From the IMG/VR virus record IMGVR_UViG_3300049982_000339, positions 1-41,381 of that record: DNA of 41,381 bases; one strand, 5' to 3'. This DNA is from a virus. Lineage: Duplodnaviria > Caudoviricetes. Both the position numbers and the translations under genes were made by a program. Shown here piece by piece: positions 27,259 to 35,141 of this stretch (its first letter is position 1; the number at the start of each line of letters is the position of its first letter). The notes beneath the pieces were generated by a model that searched no databases, was not told where the DNA came from, and saw only the letters and a list, made by a program, of their open reading frames with translations.

Positions 27259-27696
27259 TTATATAAAAAGGGAGGGTTTTAGCTGCTTACCGGCGAATTG
27301 TACCTGGTAACCATTTGTATCGCTTACATCAGTACCGGTACTGGCCTGGTCAAGCATGATCACACGGCCGCTCACGCCCGACCTGCGGAGATTGCCGTTA
27401 TTATCCTGGCATTCTACTATCAATGGCCGGTTGCAATATTTATCAATCTTGGCACTAATGTCCGGGCGGATCTTAGGTATAGAGCCGGTTATGGTGAGAT
27501 CAGTTGTTTTGCCGCCTGCATCAACTGCCTTTTTTTCATTAAATAAAACAGACTCCGATGTGCAGTAAAGATTTATCCAGTCATAGCCGGCTAAAAATGT
27601 AGCGGTACTTAGTACGGAAAAGAATTCGATTGGCGCAAAGCGTACAAGCTCATTGCCGCCCAGGTTATCATCCTGGATATTGTTGATATCATCCAT
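27259..27696 (-). CDS. Structural protein, probable tail-tube-fold paralog
   Basis: DNLGG start motif and LIVECQDNNG..RRSG strand pattern paralleling 23553..24092. Confidence 0.55.
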   Translation of the reverse strand: MDDINNIQDDNLGGNELVRFAPIEFFSVLSTATFLAGYDWINLYCTSESVLFNEKKAVDAGGKTTDLTITGSIPKIRPDISAKIDKYCNRPLIVECQDNNGNLRRSGVSGRVIMLDQASTGTDVSDTNGYQVQFAGKQLKPSLFI

Positions 27697-27738
27697 GCCG
27701 GTAAAAATGCCGGCAGATGATTGACTATTAAAGGACAG
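27697..27738 (-). promoter_or_regulatory. Late promoter copy 6
   Basis: CTGTCCTTTAATAG...CATTTTTA-CCGGC-ATG, 42 nt to ATG. Confidence 0.8.
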
Positions 27739-27815
27739 GTGATTTTAGGGCTAATAAGGATCAATTAGCCGTATGTGAGAGGACAGTTTAGGGAAAAATA
27801 ATTTTAACTAACTCA

Positions 27816-28370
27816 TTATGAGGCAGAATAGTGTGCAGGGGTATGTCGTTGAAGCTGTTTTACTATCGAATCAGTGCTTATTTCTTCTTCTGTGATGTCA
27901 TACTTTGCTAAAATGTCGCTTATTATGCTCTTTTGCCAAAAGAATTTTTGCGCCTCAGATGATGCCACACGCAATACTCTAACCTTACAATTAGCCTGGT
28001 ACTGGTTAACCGTAACCTTATCTATCATCTTGAGCCCGATGCGTGTGGCTATGCCGGTATGAAACATCAAAATCTCGTCAACAATACATTGTTTAATATA
28101 TTCATTAAACAGATCGATACTTTGCTGAGAAAGATAAGCGCCTTTTGAATAGGCGATTTTTGAAGGTACCCGGATATACAGTTCTTCTTCGCCCGGCTGG
28201 AACTTTTCATAACGATCAGGAGTGCGTTCCAGCAGGGCATATAAAAATTTGGCCTCTTTGTCCCGGAGATTAAGCCTCCAGGTCATTCCATGCCTTGAAG
28301 GTTTACAAAACAGTTTCATACAATACTTGTATGCATACCGCTTTACTCCAGGCAACAGGGCTATATCCAT
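27816..28370 (-). CDS. Hypothetical basic protein, candidate late transcription activator
   Basis: Last gene before the first late promoter, lacks the motif itself, C-terminal HTH-like ILAKYDITEEEISTDSIVKQLQR. Confidence 0.5.
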   Translation of the reverse strand: MDIALLPGVKRYAYKYCMKLFCKPSRHGMTWRLNLRDKEAKFLYALLERTPDRYEKFQPGEEELYIRVPSKIAYSKGAYLSQQSIDLFNEYIKQCIVDEILMFHTGIATRIGLKMIDKVTVNQYQANCKVRVLRVASSEAQKFFWQKSIISDILAKYDITEEEISTDSIVKQLQRHTPAHYSAS

Positions 28371-28543
28371 AAGCTTATAATAATTAGAGACTTAAATATA
28401 ACATTCAATCACAGAATAAAAAATACCTGCCTTAACTTAAATAATACCTCAAAATAACCCTCAAAACAGCGGTTTTAACGGTGTAATAAGTCAATAATAT
28501 TTTCTTGTAACAGCTGCGACCTGGCTACCGCCACTTTTTTTTA

Positions 28544-28778
28544 TAACTTCTTAACCGTTAATATTTTTTCGTAATAGTGCTGATTATTAAGCTATTGTAA
28601 AGTTACAGCTTTGGTTTTTATTTCTTAACCGGGATAATGGCATTTATTAACCGACTATATAGTTAATAATTTTTTTTAACTCTCTTTAAAAGTTAAGAAT
28701 AATTTATTAACTCTTTAACTTATAAATTTTTGGCAATCAAGAGTTTAAAGTATTATTCGCTCTTTGGTTAAGAAGTTA
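28544..28778. repeat. AT-rich putative replication origin with inverted iterons
   Basis: 13-bp inverted repeat TAACTTCTTAACC at 28544-28556 and 28766-28778; four TTCTTAAC sites. Confidence 0.6.
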
Positions 28779-28941
28779 AGATTTACTATCCACTAAGTTA
28801 CCAAGGGGTTGCAAGGGGAAAGGCCGGCAAAGCCGGGCCGGGACTATATATGGTGTTCACCGGCGCTGCCGGCTCACGTGTTTTTATCAGTACGACGCTA
28901 TTATTAATTCGACCAGGAAGGGGCGATTTGAGGTCCTGAGA

Positions 28942-28972
28942 TTTGCATAAAAGCAAGCTTGCTGTACCTTTG
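28942..28972 (+). promoter_or_regulatory. Canonical Bacteroidota -33/-7 promoter
   Basis: TTTG-N19-TACCTTTG, ending 28 nt before the ATG at 29001. Confidence 0.75.
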
Positions 28973-29000
28973 CCCGGAATATTGAAATCTCAGCGAGTAT

Positions 29001-29201
29001 ATGAAGTTAGTTAGCAAGCGGCCGGAAACAAAAGAAGAGCAAATGAGACGTTTTAAGGCCGATAAAGTATTGGCGCGTATGAATAGAGAGATAGCACAAA
29101 ATAATCAGCAGGAGGCCGGGTTGTGCCTTAATAGGCAAGATTTAAAGGCAGAAAGGGATGCTTACATTAAAGAGGGTTATCCGGACTGTAGATCCTTATG
29201 A
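29001..29201 (+). CDS. Small hypothetical protein on the counter strand
   Basis: 66 aa with canonical host promoter. Confidence 0.6.
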   Translation: MKLVSKRPETKEEQMRRFKADKVLARMNREIAQNNQQEAGLCLNRQDLKAERDAYIKEGYPDCRSL

Positions 29202-29437
29202 TTGTTCTCTTTGGCTAGCTCTTCATCAACAAGGCTGCCTAAAAATTGGACGTCGTCGATTGATAACTCGCTTTTGGGGTTTAATAAACCTACCCACTCA
29301 TTGCCTTTAAAAAGGATGTCGCCGTTGTAATAATTATCCATCAGCACCTGGTAGCCACCTGATCCGGACCCTACGTCAACAATCTTAACGGTTTTGCGGC
29401 CATTATCCCACGGAATTGTAAATTCAATTGTATTCAT
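29177..29437 (-). CDS. Small hypothetical protein
   Basis: 86 aa, ATG start, downstream of the early-operon terminator. Confidence 0.65.
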   Translation of the reverse strand: MNTIEFTIPWDNGRKTVKIVDVGSGSGGYQVLMDNYYNGDILFKGNEWVGLLNPKSELSIDDVQFLGSLVDEELAKENNHKDLQSG

Positions 29438-29483
29438 GTCAGCGACTTTGATATTTAAATAGCATCAAAATATATGCCGACAT

Positions 29484-29506
29484 AAAAAAAGCCCTCAGCG
29501 GGCTTT
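29484..29506 (-). terminator. Terminator ending the early operon
   Basis: AAAGCCC-GCTGA-GGGCTTT-TTTT on the minus strand. Confidence 0.75.
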
Positions 29507-29511
29507 CTTTA

Positions 29512-30324
29512 TTAATTCATTTTTTGATTTGTTACATCCGGATCACTGGCCTCATCGCCCCATGCCGTAATGATCAGATAACCGCCTTTTACGCCTACGG
29601 TAACAATTGGATCCAGTACCGGATCAGGCGCCAGGAATAAAGCCGGATCGGCCGTTATCTTAATCGTACCTGGAAACTCTTTATTGATTTGAGTAATATC
29701 AAGCATTTCATTTGGATTTTCTCTTTCCTCCCTTAACGCTTTTATCTTTTGAGCATTCGTTTTAAAATCAGACATAGAATAAGAGAGCGTATCTTGGCCA
29801 TCATCATAACGCCGGCGGCTGCTTTCCCATCTATCCTCCGCTTCCCTGCTTATGTCTACAACCGGGCCCGCTGTGCGCGTACTTAAAAACTCGGCAAATG
29901 AAGGAATACCTCCACGGCTTAATGAGCTCAATCGTTCTAAAGAATCCAACATGTCGGATATCGAGGAGTCTTTAACGATATCTTTTCGCATAACTTTAAA
30001 CTGAAGCATTTCATTTAAATTTTTATTCGGAATTGCTCCCTTAAATTTTTGCACAGCACCCTCTCGCAATCCAAATTTACCACGGATTTTTTCCATTTGA
30101 TGAGCGGTAATAAATTTATACATCGGGTATTTGTGTTGATAGTATACAGCCACACTATGATTTCTTCTATAATCTTCACTGTCTATTACATTTTCGGCCG
30201 ATGTAAAGCCCAGGGCCTGCAAAGCTTTTATCTTCGTCTGATCATAAGGCTCATCCATTAATAAACGACTTACTTCTAAATCCACCGCTCCGTGGATCTC
30301 TTTTACTGTTGCTGTTTGTTCCAT
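29512..30324 (-). CDS. Phage hypothetical protein
   Basis: 270 aa; YPMYKFIT...IPNKN and DPIV..VKGGYLIITAWGDEA segments. Confidence 0.75.
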   Translation of the reverse strand: MEQTATVKEIHGAVDLEVSRLLMDEPYDQTKIKALQALGFTSAENVIDSEDYRRNHSVAVYYQHKYPMYKFITAHQMEKIRGKFGLREGAVQKFKGAIPNKNLNEMLQFKVMRKDIVKDSSISDMLDSLERLSSLSRGGIPSFAEFLSTRTAGPVVDISREAEDRWESSRRRYDDGQDTLSYSMSDFKTNAQKIKALREERENPNEMLDITQINKEFPGTIKITADPALFLAPDPVLDPIVTVGVKGGYLIITAWGDEASDPDVTNQKMN

Positions 30325-30350
30325 TTTTCTGTTAGTTAAATTATTGTTTA

Positions 30351-30464
30351 TTATTTATTAAAATGTTTTTTAAAAACTGACGTTATGTACGTTATAAAAT
30401 AGTATACCCCAAAGCCTTGAATAGCGCCATATAGAACGGCAATAATTAGTTTAATGATGATCAT
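30351..30464 (-). CDS. 37-aa membrane peptide (not in ORF track)
   Basis: MIIIKLIIAVLYGAIQGFGVYYFITYITSVFKKHFNK, A-rich leader, fills an operon gap. Confidence 0.5.
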   Translation of the reverse strand: MIIIKLIIAVLYGAIQGFGVYYFITYITSVFKKHFNK

Positions 30465-30475
30465 TTCTTTATTAA

Positions 30476-30748
30476 TTAAATTACTATCTCGAGTTCCACA
30501 CAGTCCGCCATTACGCTTTCTGTTTTAAGTAACTCCTTATCAAAGTAGTTGATCATTTGAGCCAGCGTTATTCTTACTGGCCACTCTTTCTTTTCCTCCA
30601 GCAGATCTACCGCCTCCAGCTGTTTGTTAGCATCATAGTATCTTGACACGATAACAAAGTGGCGTTCGTTGGCCGGGTCATACCACCAGGAGTACTTCCG
30701 GAAGATCGCTTGCCAGTTTACCGGCTGTTTGGTTTTATCCCAGGCCAT
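30476..30748 (-). CDS. Hypothetical protein
   Basis: 90 aa, tightly packed in the early operon. Confidence 0.65.
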   Translation of the reverse strand: MAWDKTKQPVNWQAIFRKYSWWYDPANERHFVIVSRYYDANKQLEAVDLLEEKKEWPVRITLAQMINYFDKELLKTESVMADCVELEIVI

Positions 30749-30752
30749 AGCT

Positions 30753-31037
30753 TTAATTTTGAGCGTGATTGATGGCGTTATTCATTGCGATAAATAGCCT
30801 TTTTGAAAAATCTTCAAATTCCTGAAGCTTTCCCTCGGATAAGTTATTGAACACATAGCGAGTCATTTTAACTCCTCCAGCCTCAAACCGCGTTCTTTCA
30901 CAAGTAAGCAGCTCAAGGTCTATTGATGTATTTTCCTTTAGACTATTGATCAGTTGAGCTTCAAACCTTTCGGAGACTTCGAGAATAGGCGCTTTTGACC
31001 TTGTGGCATTTAAAGTGATCGTTAACTTATTTTTCAT
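30753..31037 (-). CDS. Hypothetical protein
   Basis: 94 aa, tightly packed in the early operon. Confidence 0.65.
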   Translation of the reverse strand: MKNKLTITLNATRSKAPILEVSERFEAQLINSLKENTSIDLELLTCERTRFEAGGVKMTRYVFNNLSEGKLQEFEDFSKRLFIAMNNAINHAQN

Positions 31038-31039
31038 AA

Positions 31040-31837
31040 TTAATTGTCGTTAATGGTGAAAGCCTCCAGCTCATCTTCTTCGTTCCAAACCTTGTATTCT
31101 TTTTTGATCGCCTCCAGCATCGCCTCAATACGAGGCGCTGATATTTTGCCCTGGCTAAGAAGGCGCAGCAGTTTTTCTTTGGTGTATTGCTTTTCGCCCA
31201 TATGGCCCAAAAAGAAAGGAAGGACAAGCGGTTCATTTTCGTAGATATCGACCAGGTTCTGATTAAGCAGATCGCGCAGATCATTGATCAGGTCCCGATC
31301 CCACTTCTTTTTCAACTCGTTAATGTCATTTCTGGTCAATCCCATTAAATTAGCCTTGCCTTCAGCATACATTCCATCGGCAATAGTTTCAATCGCCTCT
31401 TTTATATGCCGAGGTACGTAAACATTCCTTACTTCAATCCCCAACGATTTTACACGGTCGCTAAACTTACTGACCCGGCCACTTTCTATGCGCTGCTCAA
31501 TTATTTTATCAACGGTGATGCCAATTTGCTCTTTTACTACTGCCGGCAACTGTGGCGCGTATGTTTCCAAAACGTCAGCTGCAGTGCTGTCAAAGCTCAT
31601 GTAAAAGGTTTTCTTACTTACCTCGATCTCGTCCAATAGGTTTAACTGGTTAGGGGCAGCACAGCCATATTTTAACCGGTAAGCAAGGAGTTTCTCGAGG
31701 GTAATGTAAATTTGCTTTTTTGCATTATCCGGGATCTGTGGCGCATGAACCTCCAGCACTTCAAACACGTCGGTATTTAACCCAATATACATCGTCCCCG
31801 AACTGACAATTGTTTCTTCGATAGTTTCGATATTCAT
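31040..31837 (-). CDS. Hypothetical protein
   Basis: 265 aa, ATGA-coupled with SD-like site. Confidence 0.75.
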   Translation of the reverse strand: MNIETIEETIVSSGTMYIGLNTDVFEVLEVHAPQIPDNAKKQIYITLEKLLAYRLKYGCAAPNQLNLLDEIEVSKKTFYMSFDSTAADVLETYAPQLPAVVKEQIGITVDKIIEQRIESGRVSKFSDRVKSLGIEVRNVYVPRHIKEAIETIADGMYAEGKANLMGLTRNDINELKKKWDRDLINDLRDLLNQNLVDIYENEPLVLPFFLGHMGEKQYTKEKLLRLLSQGKISAPRIEAMLEAIKKEYKVWNEEDELEAFTINDN

Positions 31838-32246
31838 ACTGCAGCTGCCTCCTGATCTGCGGGTAACGGCTTAACAAAAAAGCGGATGTCAATTTTTCCA
31901 AGGTCTCGCTCAGCAGCCTTATTTGTTTTAACTAAAGCTACGTAGCCATAATAATTAAACAGGAATTCATCCTCCGGATATATCGCTAATATGTAATCCC
32001 TGACATAGTCGACACGGTAGTGATTCGACCGGATCTGCTGTCCAATTTCGCCCTTATGGGTATTGCCGGAAACAAATAGGTATCGAGTTATAAACTCGTT
32101 TAATAACTCATGTACAGCAGGGTTTACAGTCCTCGTTGTTTCGAGATATTCATCAATTTCTTTTGCTGGATCTAGCAGATGCAGCAATGGATGTTCTGCC
32201 TTTATTTTATCAAACAAAGCTTTCATACTGCAGCTGCCTCCTGATC
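31833..32246. repeat. 25-bp exact direct repeat pair
   Basis: TTCATACTGCAGCTGCCTCCTGATC at 31833-31857 and 32222-32246. Confidence 0.95.
31834..32226 (-). CDS. Hypothetical protein bracketed by 25-bp repeats
   Basis: 130 aa, ends DQEAAAV like the upstream gene. Confidence 0.7.
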   Translation of the reverse strand: MKALFDKIKAEHPLLHLLDPAKEIDEYLETTRTVNPAVHELLNEFITRYLFVSGNTHKGEIGQQIRSNHYRVDYVRDYILAIYPEDEFLFNYYGYVALVKTNKAAERDLGKIDIRFFVKPLPADQEAAAV

Positions 32247-32972
32247 AACAACCACCGGCTTACCAGTAGTAGATAAAACCTTGAATGTAATTGCCCACAC
32301 CCATGGATCTGAATTAACAGACTCATTGCCGTTTAACTTTTCCCACAGATCGATATAAGAGCATTTTGCACTTAACCAGGCAGCCGAATTAAATCCAATC
32401 GGCTCTACCGGCTTAAGATAGTTTTGATAGCTCGTAGGATGCGTAATCAATCCGGATGGCCAACGCTCAACACCTTCCGCTTCGGCATCAGCTTCAGTTA
32501 TACTCAGCAAGCGTTCGACCTTTACTTCAACAATTTCCAGCCAGGCCCGGGATAGCTCTTTTGGAAGAAACCTAGCGCGCTGGAACCGGCCAAGCGTTTT
32601 GCGTTTTTTTAGGTTTTTTATGGTTTTAATGGATAACGATTTAAAATAATGTTCAATAATAACGCCGTCCGCATACTCGCAAATTACTAGCTTGCCGACT
32701 ATCGACACTTTATGTTCTTCGCGCACCCATAACAGATCGCCCACTCTGTAGGGGGATTTAACTAATCGCCTATCCGACGAATATTTGTTATCAAACAAAT
32801 AAAGATCACTTGATGAATCTGAATATATCCAATCGTCGGGAATTGTATTTACGTTGTCAATGCCTGGCCGAATGTGGCCGTCGAGCCCATTTGTTCGCCG
32901 GGTTTGCGTTTTGATGCCGGCGATAAGCGCCGACACCATTAGCTTGTTGAATGCAATCGGTAATTCTTTCAT
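32223..32972 (-). CDS. ASCH/PUA-like phage protein
   Basis: PIAF...MV.A...GIKTQTRR, PY.VGDLLWVRE, VERL..ITEADA.AEG, PWVW motifs. Confidence 0.75.
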   Translation of the reverse strand: MKELPIAFNKLMVSALIAGIKTQTRRTNGLDGHIRPGIDNVNTIPDDWIYSDSSSDLYLFDNKYSSDRRLVKSPYRVGDLLWVREEHKVSIVGKLVICEYADGVIIEHYFKSLSIKTIKNLKKRKTLGRFQRARFLPKELSRAWLEIVEVKVERLLSITEADAEAEGVERWPSGLITHPTSYQNYLKPVEPIGFNSAAWLSAKCSYIDLWEKLNGNESVNSDPWVWAITFKVLSTTGKPVVVDQEAAAV

Positions 32973-32980
32973 GCTGCTTT

Positions 32981-33112
32981 TTAATTATGTCCGAAGTAGA
33001 TGACTATCGCTACGGCAATGACAAATAATGCAGGCGCTAAAATTCCCGTTTCCTTCGCTGTCAATTCGCTATTGATCGCCCGGAGTAAGATATTTTTTGA
33101 TTGCTTTTTCAT
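32981..33112 (-). CDS. 43-aa membrane peptide (not in ORF track)
   Basis: MKKQSKNILLRAINSELTAKETGILAPALFVIAVAIVIYFGHN; ATGA overlap with GGAGG upstream. Confidence 0.6.
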   Translation of the reverse strand: MKKQSKNILLRAINSELTAKETGILAPALFVIAVAIVIYFGHN

Positions 33113-33474
33113 ACTCCAGCCTCCCCGTATTCAAACCGCATTCTGCCTATATAATAATCCTCATAAGCCTTGATATAATGATCTCTAACAGCCATTACAT
33201 TTTCCAGGTAAACGGTGTTTAGCTTATTGGTAAGCTCGGCAATTTCGTTTGCTTCAGAGTCAAATGTTTTTTTGAACAAAATGCCCTTTTCACCAACCTC
33301 GAACCAAAATACCTTGCCGTTATAGGTGATTTTAATTTCAACTACATCTACATGCTGTAGATTGTCTTGCTCAACAATTGCCGGTGTAGCTGTATACGCT
33401 TCATCTACTCTAATTTGATCATCCCAAAGGGCGACATCTGTATGCCCAATTGGGTGGTGATATATTATTTTCAT
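33109..33474 (-). CDS. Hypothetical protein
   Basis: 121 aa, ATGA-coupled. Confidence 0.7.
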   Translation of the reverse strand: MKIIYHHPIGHTDVALWDDQIRVDEAYTATPAIVEQDNLQHVDVVEIKITYNGKVFWFEVGEKGILFKKTFDSEANEIAELTNKLNTVYLENVMAVRDHYIKAYEDYYIGRMRFEYGEAGV

Positions 33475-33944
33475 CCTATCACCTCCCTAACCGGTTGTAA
33501 AACCTGTTTAACTGAGCCATCAACTAAAGCCTCCAGATTAATAGCCAGCGCTTTCATTTTCTCGGCTTTGTCCAAGTCTTCCGGCACTTTTGTTTTACGA
33601 GCCTTGCCTATCAGCTTGAAGTACATGTTTTGAGCATTACGCATATTCTCCACCTGTATAGCCAGGTTAAAAGTAGAATACGCCGGCTCATCTATATCGA
33701 TACTGCTATCCTTACCAATATTAAATAAGTGATTATATGTGCTAAGGGAGTTATTGGCATCTATCTTATTAAATACCTCAGTACTGCTTTGGCCTACAGG
33801 AAACTGGAGCTTCTGTTGTACCTGCAGGCCATTGATGTCTGTCCGGAATATAATTTCCTCGCAGCCGGTGTCAGCGTCGGTGTTCGTCATTACCAGCAGC
33901 TGGCCGGTAGGGAATTCAAATAGTTTTGCAAATAAGGTGATCAT
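33471..33944 (-). CDS. Hypothetical protein
   Basis: 157 aa, ATGA-coupled. Confidence 0.7.
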   Translation of the reverse strand: MITLFAKLFEFPTGQLLVMTNTDADTGCEEIIFRTDINGLQVQQKLQFPVGQSSTEVFNKIDANNSLSTYNHLFNIGKDSSIDIDEPAYSTFNLAIQVENMRNAQNMYFKLIGKARKTKVPEDLDKAEKMKALAINLEALVDGSVKQVLQPVREVIG

Positions 33945-34168
33945 ACTGTTTGGTTGTTTATTGGTGTTAAAATTTCATTGGCCAGCTTCTCCATATCTGC
34001 CAGCTGGTAGTTAATTTTTGTGAGCAGGTTTTTTACCGGATCAACGTTCTTTGGGTGGGGCGGCTTGCTTCTCAACTTAACCAGTTTAGCCTGGTTTTTT
34101 CTGTACGATATAATAGCTCGTGCTAACTTTGTAGCTTGCTTTTTATAATCCATATTATTATCCTTCAT
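33941..34168 (-). CDS. Hypothetical basic helical protein
   Basis: 75 aa, overlaps both neighbours. Confidence 0.65.
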   Translation of the reverse strand: MKDNNMDYKKQATKLARAIISYRKNQAKLVKLRSKPPHPKNVDPVKNLLTKINYQLADMEKLANEILTPINNQTV

Positions 34169-34427
34169 TGGTAGCCCCCTTTCCTTTATCTACTGATGGG
34201 TGATATTCGACACCACAAAATGGGCAGAAACCATAGATAACATCTTTACGAACCGGGTGCTTGCGCCCTTCAACCTCCAGTTCGACCTGTATAATGGGTT
34301 TCGAATTTACTGCGCCGGACATCTCGAAGATCAGCGCTTTATCAAACTTCGCCGAGATCACATTTAAGCCCTTAAATGGTTGTTTTTCGACAATCATTTT
34401 GGTTAGATTTTCCATACAATTACACAT
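34158..34427 (-). CDS. Small zinc-binding protein
   Basis: MCNC...FCPFCG. Confidence 0.7.
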   Translation of the reverse strand: MCNCMENLTKMIVEKQPFKGLNVISAKFDKALIFEMSGAVNSKPIIQVELEVEGRKHPVRKDVIYGFCPFCGVEYHPSVDKGKGATNEG

Positions 34428-34788
34428 TGGGCACCTCGCTTTCTGCCGGTGTGGCTTTCCTAATTAGGCGATCAATCTCCGCTGCGATCAATGCGCCGGC
34501 AATTGTAAGCTGCCTGACCCGGTCAAGTTTGCCTCGTTTATCCGGATAGGCGCCTGCCTTCCATGGCCAGGGCAATTCGCTTGCCTCCATTGAGTAGTAG
34601 GTGTCATCAAGCACGTACAGGCCTGCAGCAATAGCCAGTTTGCCGTCGGTTTCTCTGTCATCGTGTACAGCATCGAAACCTCTTTGCATTTGCTGCAGTC
34701 GCTCTTTGGTAATCAGTTCGTGTCCCTGATCGGTGCCTAAAAAGTGTATTTCAGGTAAGCTTTCTAAGTGTTGTCTGTTTGTTTTCAT
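34420..34788 (-). CDS. Phage protein of a common unknown-function family
   Basis: ER.QQ...GF...HDD...LA.AA...WPW...L..AGALIAAEIDR. Confidence 0.75.
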   Translation of the reverse strand: MKTNRQHLESLPEIHFLGTDQGHELITKERLQQMQRGFDAVHDDRETDGKLAIAAGLYVLDDTYYSMEASELPWPWKAGAYPDKRGKLDRVRQLTIAGALIAAEIDRLIRKATPAESEVPNV

Positions 34789-35114
34789 TTTATTTTAAAG
34801 TTTGTTTGTTGCTTAATTGTGCTGAAACTTATTTTTGCCAGTAGAATGACATGTGGGCTCGGATATTGATGAAAGTCCCAATCAAAAAATATTAAGCTAT
34901 TCGTCAGCTGTGCTTTAAATATGAATAGTATATCATCTAATTTTCCCATGTTTAGAACTTCAACGCCCGGAATGCTAAAGGGCTGAATGTGGGGGTTAGC
35001 TTCAAAGTCGAACCCAATTATAGCGGCTTGCTGTTCATCATTAATTTGTAGATGAACACAGGGAACTTGCTCAATTGATCCATCGGGATGTGCAAAGGCT
35101 AATTGTGATTTCAT
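34785..35114 (-). CDS. Hypothetical protein bracketed by 20-bp repeats
   Basis: 109 aa, AT-rich, ATGA-coupled to the next gene. Confidence 0.6.
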   Translation of the reverse strand: MKSQLAFAHPDGSIEQVPCVHLQINDEQQAAIIGFDFEANPHIQPFSIPGVEVLNMGKLDDILFIFKAQLTNSLIFFDWDFHQYPSPHVILLAKISFSTIKQQTNFKIK

Positions 35115-35141
35115 ATTGTTTAGTTTGTTTGTTGCTTAATT
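34799..35141. repeat. 20-bp exact direct repeat pair
   Basis: AGTTTGTTTGTTGCTTAATT at 34799-34818 and 35122-35141. Confidence 0.9.
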
